This document shows, one piece after another, positions 9,684-19,756 of a stretch of DNA of 64,000 nt. A model generated the notes under the pieces. It was not told the origin of the DNA. It ran no database searches and was given only the letters and a program-made list of their open reading frames with translations. Where the stretch lies: positions 1,834 to 65,833 of the forward strand of contig DASYKZ010000013.1 of the NCBI GenBank assembly GCA_035994985.1. Reading direction: 5' to 3'. A program made the translations under genes and the position numbers. This DNA comes from Minisyncoccota bacterium (GTDB taxonomy: Bacteria; Patescibacteriota; Minisyncoccia; Phycocordibacterales; UBA9973). Within the stretch, counting starts at the first letter, position 1. Each line of letters starts with the position of its first letter.

Positions 9684-10367
9684 ATGAATAAATATATAAG
9701 CATCGCAATCGTTGTGATAATAATTATTTTCGGAGTCTGGCTCTTCATGAGGGGCAATAAGGCAGAAAACGCTGTTATCAACCCCGAACCATCTCCAGAA
9801 GTTCAAACTGCCCAAACAGAGAATAAAGAAAATATTAATAATGTAGATAACACAAAAAAAATGACCAAAGAAACAACAGAGGCAACATTAAAGACAAATA
9901 TGGGCAGCATCACTTTTGAGTTTTACGCAAAAGATGCGCCAAACACCGTAGTCAATTTTGAAAAGCTGGCTAAAGAAGGCTTTTACAATGGAACCAGATT
10001 TCACAGGGTAATCAAAGGTTTTATGATTCAAAGCGGAGACCCGCAGTCTAAAGATGACTCCAAGGCAAGCCTCTGGGGTACAGGAGGTCCGGGGTATAAA
10101 TTTGCCGACGAAATAAATGCGCAGTCCGACTTATATACAAAGACGGGATACAAGAAAGGCATCGTGGCCATGGCCAATTCCGGCCCAAACACAAACGGCA
10201 GCCAGTTTTTCATCATGACCGAGGATTATCCGCTTCCTCCTCTCTATACTATTTTCGGACGCGTCACTTCCGGGCAAGATGTGGTGGACAAGATTGCCTT
10301 GGTTAAAACCGGCGCGAACGACAGGCCCGTAGACCCTGTTACCATAGAAAGCATTACCCTTAAGTAA
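9684..10367 (+). CDS. ppiB: peptidyl-prolyl cis-trans isomerase, cyclophilin type, membrane anchored
   Basis: FHRVIKGFMIQSGDP, MANSGPNTNGSQFFI cyclophilin signatures. Confidence 0.9.
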   Translation: MNKYISIAIVVIIIIFGVWLFMRGNKAENAVINPEPSPEVQTAQTENKENINNVDNTKKMTKETTEATLKTNMGSITFEFYAKDAPNTVVNFEKLAKEGFYNGTRFHRVIKGFMIQSGDPQSKDDSKASLWGTGGPGYKFADEINAQSDLYTKTGYKKGIVAMANSGPNTNGSQFFIMTEDYPLPPLYTIFGRVTSGQDVVDKIALVKTGANDRPVDPVTIESITLK

Positions 10368-10373
10368 AAAACC

Positions 10374-10856
10374 ATGAATACAAAAATTATTCTAAGCGTT
10401 CTGACCATAATCTTTGTTATTGGTGCCTGCGCTGTGGTTATAAAATCGAGCGGTCAGAATGCCGGAGCAGTGCTTCCGAGCCCGGAAATACCGCTCATCC
10501 CAGTAGAAGCTTCTCCAGAGTTATCGGAGCCCATAAAACCCACAGAAAACCCAAGCAATAATTCTCTGCAATTCGGCCAAGCAGTAACTTTAAAAGTAGA
10601 TGAAAATATTACTTTTTCTGACGGTCTCAAGGTGACTCTGAAAAAAATAGATGATTCTAGGTGTCCTAAAGATGTACAATGCATCTGGACAGGGGAGCTT
10701 GCTGGAACTTTTAGCCTCTCCGGCGGGAAAATGGTCGGAGAAAAAGAAATCCGTATAGGAAGTCTGACCGGTAAAGGGTATAGCATAGACGGATATATGT
10801 TTTCCCTGGAGAGTGCTATGGCAGACAGCATGACTATCATTGTATCCCTCAAGTAG
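10374..10856 (+). CDS. hypothetical secreted/lipoprotein-like protein
   Basis: N-terminal hydrophobic signal with GAC (possible lipobox). Confidence 0.4.
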   Translation: MNTKIILSVLTIIFVIGACAVVIKSSGQNAGAVLPSPEIPLIPVEASPELSEPIKPTENPSNNSLQFGQAVTLKVDENITFSDGLKVTLKKIDDSRCPKDVQCIWTGELAGTFSLSGGKMVGEKEIRIGSLTGKGYSIDGYMFSLESAMADSMTIIVSLK

Positions 10857-10863
10857 CTCATAC

Positions 10864-11499
10864 ATGCTGACATTCACAAAAAAAGAAAAAGCATTCTTAA
10901 AGAAACTAAATACGCCGGCGAAAGTGCAGGACTTTCTAAACGGACTCAAATTCAATTTTGAGAAAAACGGAGCGGATACTTTCAAGTCTCCGCTTTTTGT
11001 AATCCGAAAAAAGAACGCCCACTGCATAGAAGGAGCAGTGCTCGGCGCGTATATACTTTCACTCCATGGCTTCACTCCGTATGTGCTTCATCTGCAAACT
11101 ACCAAAGGTGACTTTGACCATGTCGTTACTCCATTCAAAGTCGGAAAATATTGGGGCGCGCTGTCCAAGACTAATCACGGAATACTGCGCTATAGAGAGC
11201 CTATATATAAAAACGTACGGGAACTCGCGATGTCGTACTTTCACGAATACTTTTTGGACAATGGGAAGAAGACTCTCCGGAAATATTCTGCTCCGCTTAA
11301 TTTAAATACAGTTAAACTTGCCCGCCATGGCGGGAACAAAAATTGGGCAAGTGCCGAAGGGGACCTATGGTATATAGACCATGCCTTGGATAAAGTAAAA
11401 CATTACGACATTGTCCCCAAAAATCATCTCAGGCATTTACGCAAGGCAGATAAAGTTGAAATAAAGGCTGGGAAAGTGGTAGAATATAAAAAAATATGA
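10864..11499 (+). CDS. hypothetical protein, possible transglutaminase-like cysteine-peptidase fold
   Basis: Cys in ...NAHCIEGAVLGAYIL... followed by His/Asp (DFDHVV); start moved to second ATG to avoid overlap with upstream gene. Confidence 0.35.
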   Translation: MLTFTKKEKAFLKKLNTPAKVQDFLNGLKFNFEKNGADTFKSPLFVIRKKNAHCIEGAVLGAYILSLHGFTPYVLHLQTTKGDFDHVVTPFKVGKYWGALSKTNHGILRYREPIYKNVRELAMSYFHEYFLDNGKKTLRKYSAPLNLNTVKLARHGGNKNWASAEGDLWYIDHALDKVKHYDIVPKNHLRHLRKADKVEIKAGKVVEYKKI

Positions 11500-11774
11500 T
11501 ATTGGAATACTTTAAAATATTCTTCGCTATCTTGGCGGAAGAAATAGGAGACAAGAGCCAACTGGCCACTCTGGGCTTTGCTTCTCACCACGGCAAATGG
11601 ATTGCTTTTACGGCTTCAGCTGCTGCTCTCATAATCGCTTCTTTTATAGCCAGCTTCGCGGGAGACTATTTGCAAACTAAAATTAATGTAAGATATTTAT
11701 CTATCGGCTCGGGAATACTTTTCATCATAATCGGAATTTGGACAATCTCCTCGGCTTTGCGAGTCAATCATTAA
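11496..11774 (+). CDS. UPF0016 (GDT1/TMEM165/MneA) family single-repeat cation transporter
   Basis: Diagnostic E-x-G-D-K-S motif (AEEIGDKSQLAT); 92 aa, 3 TM (half-size form). Confidence 0.6.
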   Translation: MILEYFKIFFAILAEEIGDKSQLATLGFASHHGKWIAFTASAAALIIASFIASFAGDYLQTKINVRYLSIGSGILFIIIGIWTISSALRVNH

Positions 11775-11799
11775 ATTCAACTAAATATAACTAACTTTG

Positions 11800-11828
11800 T
11801 AAAACCCCTTTTAATAAAGGGTTTTTGC
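11800..11828 (+). terminator. rho-independent terminator (CCCCTTTT-aat-AAAAGGGG + T-run)
   Basis: Seen directly after UPF0016 gene. Confidence 0.55.
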
Positions 11829-11909
11829 TAAATAATAGGGTTGACAAAATAGGTATAATATGTTATTCTTCTAAAGAATTTTAGTTTCTTTGTAAATTGG
11901 AGGTAATCC

Positions 11910-12881
11910 GTGGCAAAAATTCTCGACTTTTTTGATCCCGCTGATGTGCGGGGTGGGCTTTGGAGATTGATTGTGCTTGGTCTCGTTTCAATGACGATAC
12001 TTCGCACTATCATGAATCCCTCTCCGGTTATTTTTACTATCGGAGAAGCAGGAACCGGGGACTATGTCTCCATGATTGCTATGAGTGCGTTACTTATAGC
12101 AATTGACGCGATGCTACTAGTTTTGCTGTCGTGGGGTAACCTTCGCGACTGGCGGGATGCTCTTGGTGTTGCGGCAATGGTGGGAGCTACTCATGTAGTA
12201 TTTCCATTGTTAACTTTTAGCCTCACTGCGGGAGCGGCTTTGTTCACTAGCGCCCTTAATCTTCCGACTGTGATAGCAGGTGGAGTGCAAACAGCGATTT
12301 TTTTCATCGCATTTGTATTTGTCGCAATGCATCTCCGGGAGGTTCATTCGGCGGTACGGGAAAGGGATCCAGAATTCTTTGAACCCGATGCACCGGTTGC
12401 AACTTGGGCTGGAGTTAAACAAATCTGGCCGGCGGTGTTCGCTGTTTCAGTTGATGCGCTAATGGTTGGCCCTGCAAAAGTTGCTTTTATGGCCCGCTAT
12501 TCAACACTTCAGTTTGGGTTTTCATTTCTGTTCATAGGGACTATAGTTTTTGTCTTGGTGTTCGGGAGTGGAATTATTGTTCTTGTTCTGAAAAAGTTCG
12601 TTAAGAACCATAGCTCTATCTCGGAACGAGTTCATAGCCTTGACTGGATCGGCTCTCTTGGATTGGTTGCAGTTTTTATTCACTTCAGTATCTTCGCATT
12701 TGTGTATGTCTTGTTTACTCTAGCGAAGGTGGAGTGGAAGATGGAATGGTTACTTCAAACTCAGACTATCTGGGGAAGTACGACAGTCATCTTTTCTCTG
12801 TATCTAATTTTCGGACGGATACGAGAAATTAAAGAGGCAAGTCGGCAACGTGCTGGCATGGCCGAATCCATAACGGTCTAA
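11910..12881 (+). CDS. hypothetical polytopic membrane protein (GTG start with canonical GGAGG SD; locally GC-rich)
   Basis: 8-9 predicted TM helices; aaattGGAGGtaatccGTG. Confidence 0.5.
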   Translation: MAKILDFFDPADVRGGLWRLIVLGLVSMTILRTIMNPSPVIFTIGEAGTGDYVSMIAMSALLIAIDAMLLVLLSWGNLRDWRDALGVAAMVGATHVVFPLLTFSLTAGAALFTSALNLPTVIAGGVQTAIFFIAFVFVAMHLREVHSAVRERDPEFFEPDAPVATWAGVKQIWPAVFAVSVDALMVGPAKVAFMARYSTLQFGFSFLFIGTIVFVLVFGSGIIVLVLKKFVKNHSSISERVHSLDWIGSLGLVAVFIHFSIFAFVYVLFTLAKVEWKMEWLLQTQTIWGSTTVIFSLYLIFGRIREIKEASRQRAGMAESITV

Positions 12882-13004
12882 AAAAAATTTGTGGAAAAAA
12901 TTAGAATAAGCTATATCTGGATGAAACCGGTATAGCTTATTTTTGCTTAAAATATAATGCTTGGATAAAGGGAAAAATTGATATACAATATTAGTCCAAC
13001 TAAT

Positions 13005-14345
13005 ATGAGACGTACGCATTTATTTGAATCTATAGGATGGGAAAGGGAACATGTCATCAACAGGAGCCTGCCTGAGGTATATAAATCCGTTCCTATTCCC
13101 AAAGATTTCTCCTTCTGGAGAAAAATGATGGCTTTTGCCGGTCCGGGGTTTCTCGTTGCTGTCGGGTATATGGACCCGGGCAATTGGGCTACAGATTTGG
13201 CCGGCGGAGCAAAATTCGGCTACACGCTTCTCTCTGTAATTTTAATATCAAACTTTTTCGCCATGCTGCTCCAGCATCTGGCGCTCAAGCTGGGGATTGT
13301 CACAGGCCGGGACTTGGCCCAGATGTGCCGGGAACAATACTCAAAAAAAACAGCGATATTTTTATGGCTCATGGCGGAGATTATGATAATGGCCTGCGAT
13401 TTGGCGGAAGTGCTCGGCTCGGCCATTGCTCTTAATCTGCTTTTCGGAATACCGATTATCGTCGGCGTTCTCATAACTGCGCTCGACGTACTTTTAATTT
13501 TACTTTTGCAGAACAAGGGATTTCGTTATATAGAAGCAGTCGTGGTCACCTTGATTGCTACTATTTTCCTAGCTTTTTTAGCGGAGATAATTTTGTCCGC
13601 CCCGGCAATCATTCCTCTCATCAAAGGCTTTATACCAACTTTTGAACTCGCTTTTAATCCACAGATGCTCTACATTGCAATCGGTATCCTGGGCGCGACA
13701 GTGATGCCCCACAATTTATATCTGCACTCGGCAATCGTCCAGACAAGGAATTATGAAGAGTCGGAAGTTGGCAAGAGAGAGGCGGTCAAGTTTGCGACCA
13801 TAGACTCTACCGCGGCATTGTTCCTGGCTTTATTTGTAAATGCCGCCATACTTATCGTATCGGCCGCTGTTTTTTACTATCAGGGTTATCACGATGTTGC
13901 CGAAATTGCCGATGCGTACAAGCTCTTGGCTCCGCTCCTTGGCACCGGGCTCGCTAGTATCCTCTTTGCAGTAGCGCTCCTTGCTTCAGGCCAAAATGCC
14001 ACGATTACCGGCACTCTGGCTGGGCAGATAATCATGGAAGGGTTTATAAACTTAAGGGTAAAACCATGGCTCCGCCGGATGATTACCAGGCTGCTCGCTA
14101 TCATTCCTGCCGTGGTTGTGATAGGTCTATATGGCAACAAAAGCGTCACCAGCCTGCTTATTTTGAGCCAGGTGATTCTTAGTATTCAGCTTTCGTTCGC
14201 CGTATTCCCGCTGGTTATGTTTACAAGCAGCAAAAAAATCATGGGAAATTTTGCCAACAGCAAATTAGTTACCATATCTTCCTGGACAATCGCCCTATGT
14301 ATAGCCAGCTTAAACGGATGGCTGATCTTCAATATTTTTACTTGA
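13005..14345 (+). CDS. mntH: Nramp-family divalent metal (Mn2+/Fe2+) transporter MntH
   Basis: GPGFLVAVGYMDPGNWATDL and MPH Nramp signature motifs; ORF track's 12978 start is a TTG. Confidence 0.85.
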   Translation: MRRTHLFESIGWEREHVINRSLPEVYKSVPIPKDFSFWRKMMAFAGPGFLVAVGYMDPGNWATDLAGGAKFGYTLLSVILISNFFAMLLQHLALKLGIVTGRDLAQMCREQYSKKTAIFLWLMAEIMIMACDLAEVLGSAIALNLLFGIPIIVGVLITALDVLLILLLQNKGFRYIEAVVVTLIATIFLAFLAEIILSAPAIIPLIKGFIPTFELAFNPQMLYIAIGILGATVMPHNLYLHSAIVQTRNYEESEVGKREAVKFATIDSTAALFLALFVNAAILIVSAAVFYYQGYHDVAEIADAYKLLAPLLGTGLASILFAVALLASGQNATITGTLAGQIIMEGFINLRVKPWLRRMITRLLAIIPAVVVIGLYGNKSVTSLLILSQVILSIQLSFAVFPLVMFTSSKKIMGNFANSKLVTISSWTIALCIASLNGWLIFNIFT

Positions 14346-14361
14346 TACTTACTTAAAATTA

Positions 14362-15393
14362 TTATTCTTTTTTATCGTCTTTGGCAGACTGTTCGTCTTC
14401 TTTGTCTTTTTCTTTTCCGTGTCCGTGGGCATCCACTTCATATGAAGTGTTTTGCTGTTCAAAGAAGTTTACGAGTTCAAATACATCAGTCGCTGTAGAC
14501 ATCCACTTGGCAGGGTTAGTGACGTTGAAGTGCGCTTCAAGGCCGAGCTCTTCCAGCCTTCTGTCGGCTACATACTGCACATATTGGTTTACATAGTCTA
14601 CGTTGAGGCCGAGAATTCCTTTCGGGAATAGGTCCAAGTTATATGCGGCCTCCAAGTTTACTCCGTCGATAATTATTTGCCTGATTTCTTGGGCAAATTC
14701 GGAAGTAAGTAAGTCTGGATTTTCTTCAAGCACGGTATGGATGAGCTGGATGCCGAACTTCAGGTGCAAGGATTCATCCCGGAGCACCCAGTTTATCATT
14801 GAGCCTAAGTTCCGGAGCTGGTTCCTCTGGCGGAAGGAGAGCGCCACCATAAAGCCGGAGTAAAACCAGATTCCTTCCATGACAATGTTGTAGCCGACAA
14901 GGTTGCGGACAAAGTCTTTTTTTCCTTCGATTGATTCAATATCCAGAGTCTTCTCTGTCATTTTTGCCAAGTACTGGTTTACAAAAGCTTCTTTCTTGCG
15001 CATTGATTCAGTATCAATGTGCACGTCGTATACTTTTGTTCTGTCCAAAGGGAAAGTCTCAAGCACGTATTCAAAAGCCATGCAGTGGTTTGCTTCTTCA
15101 AACATCTGTTTGGCTAGGTATAGGTGGCATTCTGGAGATTTTAAGTACGGATACACTCCGAGGGCAAGCACGCGGTTTACTATAAGTTCGCCGGGATTGA
15201 AAAAGGCCATCAGGAATTCCACAGCGTGGCGCTCGTCTTCGGTCATAGTCTTCCAGTCAGCGAGGTCTTCGCCGAGAGGTATTTCGTGGGGGAACCATGT
15301 GTTTCGCACGGCTTGGTTGTAAAGGTCATAAGCCCACTTGTACTTCATGGGATGCAAAGTCATGTCTTCCGGAGAAGCTTTTCCTAAAATCAT
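14362..15393 (-). CDS. nrdB: class I ribonucleotide reductase small (R2/beta) subunit
   Basis: Ferritin-like di-metal ligands (EANHCMAFEY, DESLHLKFG), acidic C-terminal tail. Confidence 0.85.
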   Translation of the reverse strand: MILGKASPEDMTLHPMKYKWAYDLYNQAVRNTWFPHEIPLGEDLADWKTMTEDERHAVEFLMAFFNPGELIVNRVLALGVYPYLKSPECHLYLAKQMFEEANHCMAFEYVLETFPLDRTKVYDVHIDTESMRKKEAFVNQYLAKMTEKTLDIESIEGKKDFVRNLVGYNIVMEGIWFYSGFMVALSFRQRNQLRNLGSMINWVLRDESLHLKFGIQLIHTVLEENPDLLTSEFAQEIRQIIIDGVNLEAAYNLDLFPKGILGLNVDYVNQYVQYVADRRLEELGLEAHFNVTNPAKWMSTATDVFELVNFFEQQNTSYEVDAHGHGKEKDKEDEQSAKDDKKE

Positions 15394-15428
15394 ATATTTT
15401 TCATTCGCTTATTTTACTTTGTTAATAA

Positions 15429-18050
15429 TTACTGACAACTGTCACACAATAAAGCATCTTGAGGGTCTTCAGGCAGATGTATCTTGAGCTTATTAAGAGA
15501 AGGCGCTGGTGTCCCCGCCATAGCGGCAACTGGTGGCGGGGTTGGAGCTTTAACTGTGCTTACAGTATCCATAACTACTTGAGATAAAACCGGGCTGACA
15601 GATTGTGCCTCTGCCAGTTCTTTTTGTTCTGTTTGCATTGGCTGCTTATCTTTTAGCACAGCGAAACCTCTCTTGCCGAGGGCTTCAGCTTTGTTGACCG
15701 AAGTAGTAGATTGTTCAGCGACGTGGCGGGGCTTCATGTGCAAGTAGTATGTGGTCTTGAGCCCCTTGTCCCATGCAGTTGTATAGATATTCATAATTTC
15801 ATTAATGTCGCGGACTTCCAGATACATATTGCGGGAGATTCCCATGTCCACCCATTTCTGCGCCCGGGCCGCTACTTCTATAAAGGCATAAGGGGATACA
15901 GAGAAAGAAGTTTTGTAGATTCTTTTTATATGGTCAGGGATTTCTTCAATATCTGCGAGGTCTCCATGATGTTCAAGGATTTTTTCCCGTGTCGTCTCCC
16001 AAAGATTTTCTGCCTGTAAAGCTTTCATCATGTTTGGGTTTACTTCCAGGTATTTTCCGGAAATTTTATTTCGGGAAAACATTTGGGTAAACCTTGGGTC
16101 GATGCCCGGGCTTGTGCCTGCCACCAGTCCGATATTTGCATTCGGAGCAATCGCGAGCAAGGTAGCGTTCCTGATTCCTTTTTTGACTTTAGAGCGGAGA
16201 GTATCCCAGTCAAGGGCAGGCAATATTCTTGCTGATTCTTTTACTACGGTAAGCTCGCGGTTCCGGTCGTGTTCCAATTTTGCGAGAGTATCCAGAGGCA
16301 CTTCTCCCTTTGACCAGCCAGAACCCTTGAAGTTCTTGTAGCTTCCGCGTTCTTCGGCCATATTTGCGGATTCGTCTATAGACATATAAGAAATAAATTC
16401 AAAGATTTGGTCTGCGAAGTCATATGCGGCGGCATCTTCATATGAATAGCCGAGCTGTTCTATAGAATCCGCGAAACCCATGAGTCCGAGTCCCACAGCC
16501 CTGTTTTCATTGTCAGCCTTAATTGCTTCAGGGATTGGGAGCTTGTTGATATCGACGAGGTTGTCGAGCTGTCGGGTGGCCAGGCGTACGGAATCTTCCA
16601 GCCTATGCCAGTCTATCTGGCCGTCTATGATATGACGGGCCATATTTATGGAAACTAGGTTGCAGACGGCTACATTTTCCCTGTCTGTCGGCAAAGTGAC
16701 TTCGGTGCAGAGGTTGGAACAGTGAATAGTGCCGGTGTTGTTGTTTAAAGCCCTTAAGTTTATGGCATCTTTCCAGGTGAGCCATGGGTGGGAAGTAGTT
16801 TCGAGAGAAATCAAGATGTTTTTGTATTGCTGGCGGGCAGGGATGACTTCATGCATCTTCATACGGCCCGCTTTAGCGAGTTCCACGTATTCATTGTATC
16901 TTTTTGAAAATTCCTTGCCCACTAATTCGTTCAAATCTTGGACTTCGTTTGGGTCAAACAAATACCAATCGTCGCCTTCAAGCACTCTTTTCATAAATTC
17001 ATCTGAAATAAATACCGCAGTATTGGCAGTTCTGGTTCTTCGGTAATCATCTCCATTGTTTTGTTTTAAGTCTAGGAAATCCTGGAAGTTCAAGTGCCAG
17101 TTTTCCATGTAGAAACAGAGGGCGCCTTTTTTCTTGCCGCCCCGCTGCACAGCCCGCACTGCAGAGTCTATTATATGGATGAAAGGCACCGGTCCGGATG
17201 AAACAGTATTGTTTGATTTTAAAACAGAGCCTTCGGCACGGAGCTTGGTGACTGAAAGCCCGATGCCGCCCGTTGCCTTGGACAGCAAGAGTACATCAGA
17301 TACGGTCTTGCCGATGTGTTCCATGTCATCATGAATTTCCATCAAGAAACAATTTGAAAGCTTTGGATTCGGAGTGCCGGCGCCGATGTTTGAACTTCCA
17401 GCAGACAAATATTCCAGCTTGGACATTTTATTGTAAAACTTTTTCGCCCACTCGTTTGGGTTTTTTTCATTCAAAGACATGCCCATAGCCACTCTCATCC
17501 AAAAATACTGGGGAGTCTCTAGCGGAGCCTGCTTCTCATTTTTCATCAGGTAGCGGTTTTGCATCGTAGAGAGCCCGGAGTATTTATATAGTTCATCGTT
17601 TTCTACTTTCAAATCTTTTGCCAAATCATCAAGGTCGAAAGTCGTAGCCATTCTCGTGTCGAGAAGGCCCCTGTCGACTGCATCCATTACGTATTCCTTG
17701 AAATGCTTGCTGTGCAGCTTTGAAAATTCCTCTTCGCTTACAGTTTTTGACTCATCATTGTCGTAATCTCCTATGACTTTTTTGTAAATTACCTTCAAAA
17801 GCAGGCGGGTAGCTATTTTGTCGAATTCTTCGCCGTATTGCGCGTTTTGCAGGGCAGCGTTTATGGTCGCTGCGTCCATTTCTTCGGTAGTGATGCCGTC
17901 ATATAGAGTGAGCTGGGTCTCTGTAGCTATCTGTATAACCTTACTAATCGGATCCTTTAGCCCATAACATGCTCTTTCAATAGATTTGTTGATGCGGTTT
18001 GCATCGAAAGGCATTTTTGTGCCGTCTCTTTTAGTAATAGTTATATTCAT
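15429..18050 (-). CDS. nrdA: class I ribonucleotide reductase large (R1/alpha) subunit with N-terminal ATP-cone
   Basis: ATP-cone (ITKRDGTKMPFDANRINKSIERA), catalytic N/C/E core (CSNLCTE), C-terminal CDSC redox pair. Confidence 0.9.
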   Translation of the reverse strand: MNITITKRDGTKMPFDANRINKSIERACYGLKDPISKVIQIATETQLTLYDGITTEEMDAATINAALQNAQYGEEFDKIATRLLLKVIYKKVIGDYDNDESKTVSEEEFSKLHSKHFKEYVMDAVDRGLLDTRMATTFDLDDLAKDLKVENDELYKYSGLSTMQNRYLMKNEKQAPLETPQYFWMRVAMGMSLNEKNPNEWAKKFYNKMSKLEYLSAGSSNIGAGTPNPKLSNCFLMEIHDDMEHIGKTVSDVLLLSKATGGIGLSVTKLRAEGSVLKSNNTVSSGPVPFIHIIDSAVRAVQRGGKKKGALCFYMENWHLNFQDFLDLKQNNGDDYRRTRTANTAVFISDEFMKRVLEGDDWYLFDPNEVQDLNELVGKEFSKRYNEYVELAKAGRMKMHEVIPARQQYKNILISLETTSHPWLTWKDAINLRALNNNTGTIHCSNLCTEVTLPTDRENVAVCNLVSINMARHIIDGQIDWHRLEDSVRLATRQLDNLVDINKLPIPEAIKADNENRAVGLGLMGFADSIEQLGYSYEDAAAYDFADQIFEFISYMSIDESANMAEERGSYKNFKGSGWSKGEVPLDTLAKLEHDRNRELTVVKESARILPALDWDTLRSKVKKGIRNATLLAIAPNANIGLVAGTSPGIDPRFTQMFSRNKISGKYLEVNPNMMKALQAENLWETTREKILEHHGDLADIEEIPDHIKRIYKTSFSVSPYAFIEVAARAQKWVDMGISRNMYLEVRDINEIMNIYTTAWDKGLKTTYYLHMKPRHVAEQSTTSVNKAEALGKRGFAVLKDKQPMQTEQKELAEAQSVSPVLSQVVMDTVSTVKAPTPPPVAAMAGTPAPSLNKLKIHLPEDPQDALLCDSCQ

Positions 18051-18181
18051 AGGCTATTATTATAATATTTGTACAAGGTCCCCGCAAGTTAATATCTCTA
18101 AAATCATCATCACAGAAAGCCGGTGGAACTTCGTCAATACTCGCGCTAGAAAATCCTTTAGAATTTTGCTAGAATAGCCCC

Positions 18182-18646
18182 ATGAAGGCAAAAAAAATAG
18201 AGACGAAAAGAATGAGAATAATGGCTTTTGGAACTTTTGACGGATTGCACCCCGGACACATAAATTTCCTAAAACAGGCAAAAAAACAGGCAAAAAAAAC
18301 CTTTCTTATCGTTTCAATTGCGCGCGATAAAAATGTTTTTAAGCTCAAAGGGGAGTATCCAAATAAAAACGAAGCAGAGAGGAAAATTTTATTAAAAAAT
18401 TGTCCCTTGGTAGATAAAGCAGTTCTCTCGGGCGCAAAAAATCATATTCCGCATATTTTAAAAGAGTCTCCGGACATCATCGCGCTCGGATATGACCAAA
18501 AAGCGTACGTAAAAAATTTAAAAAAAGATTTGAAAAATAAAGGCCTTACGGTAAAAATAGTCCGCTTGAAGCCGTACAAAGAGAAAATTTATAAAAATAA
18601 ATTACTTCGCATCTTGAAGCCGCAGCGCCGACAAAAATCCGAGTAA
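18182..18646 (+). CDS. HxGH-motif nucleotidyltransferase (FAD synthetase/cytidylyltransferase-like)
   Basis: AFGTFDGLHPGH motif. Confidence 0.5.
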   Translation: MKAKKIETKRMRIMAFGTFDGLHPGHINFLKQAKKQAKKTFLIVSIARDKNVFKLKGEYPNKNEAERKILLKNCPLVDKAVLSGAKNHIPHILKESPDIIALGYDQKAYVKNLKKDLKNKGLTVKIVRLKPYKEKIYKNKLLRILKPQRRQKSE

Positions 18647-19750
18647 CATTATCGCCCCCAGAACAAAAAATAAATATTCAAAAGAAGGGACAAAAAATAA
18701 AATACAAATGGCGAGAAGGGGACCGATAATAAAAGCAAAAGGAAACATATTTCTATACACGCCGATTAGTCCCGCGTCAGAGGCATTAATTTTTTTGAAA
18801 AAATAACTTTCATCCATCACTTCGATAGTGGCTGCCCCGATTCTCGTCATAAATAATACGAGGGCCCACACAAAAATATTTTTAGTGTTAAGAAAATAAA
18901 TAGTAATGGTAGCTACGGCAATAATAAAAAATCCAAAAATCAATAATTTTCTTTCGCCAATCGTGTCCGACAAGCGGCCGAGCGGATAATCCAAGAGGAC
19001 AAACGGCACGAGCATCACAGTCAAGATAGCTCCGATGCTTTTCCATTCAAAGCCGATGTATTGGTGCAGATATATCGGTGTGTAAATTATCATCCAGGAG
19101 TAAAAAAAACAAAGTAGGAATTCGCTAAAGTAAATTCTTTTTAAATCTATGTCTCTTCCAGCCTGTGTCAAAGTTTCGCGCACAGAAATTTTCTTATAGA
19201 GTGGGTCTTTGAAATTTTTCAAATGAGGGAAGATAAAAAAGAATGAAGAGAATGTAAAGAGTGCCGCCAGCGCGTATACTCCAAAGTAAGAGCCTCTCGA
19301 GAGAGTAAACACGGCGATGGAGGGCGCTATAACCAGCGCCAGGTTTATAATCGTGAGAAAGCTTCCCCGTGTCCTTCCGACTATTCCTTTTACGGTAAAT
19401 TCTTCGATAAAGACATCGCGGGTGAGGACCAGGCAATAGTTGGTAACAGTATACAGCAGGAAAGAAATTACGATGACATAGCTCGATTTAGCAAAGCCCA
19501 TGCTAAGAAGCACGAGGGAATTAGCGAGGACAAAGAATATGGTGGTTTTATAGTTTCCAAAACGGCTGAGCACACGGGGCATTTCAAGCAGAACCAATAT
19601 AGACAGGATAGAAGCAACTGTAAAGATAAGGCCTACCAGCTTTTCGCTGACTGCGGTCTCCAAAAAGCTCGAATTGATATATACCACGAGCGCGTATTGG
19701 ATAGAGAAAATAAAGCTTATAGAATAGAGGAGCTTGAATGGATGTTTCAT
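18602..19750 (-). CDS. MFS-type membrane transporter
   Basis: ~12 TM helices, 382 aa. Confidence 0.5.
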   Translation of the reverse strand: MKHPFKLLYSISFIFSIQYALVVYINSSFLETAVSEKLVGLIFTVASILSILVLLEMPRVLSRFGNYKTTIFFVLANSLVLLSMGFAKSSYVIVISFLLYTVTNYCLVLTRDVFIEEFTVKGIVGRTRGSFLTIINLALVIAPSIAVFTLSRGSYFGVYALAALFTFSSFFFIFPHLKNFKDPLYKKISVRETLTQAGRDIDLKRIYFSEFLLCFFYSWMIIYTPIYLHQYIGFEWKSIGAILTVMLVPFVLLDYPLGRLSDTIGERKLLIFGFFIIAVATITIYFLNTKNIFVWALVLFMTRIGAATIEVMDESYFFKKINASDAGLIGVYRNMFPFAFIIGPLLAICILFFVPSFEYLFFVLGAIMLLGFLSALRLQDAK

Positions 19751-19756
19751 GATTAA

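Noticed and set aside
18051-18181. NrdR box upstream of nrdA
   Set aside because: No convincing ACACAATATATTGTGT-like palindrome pair found in the nrdA upstream region.
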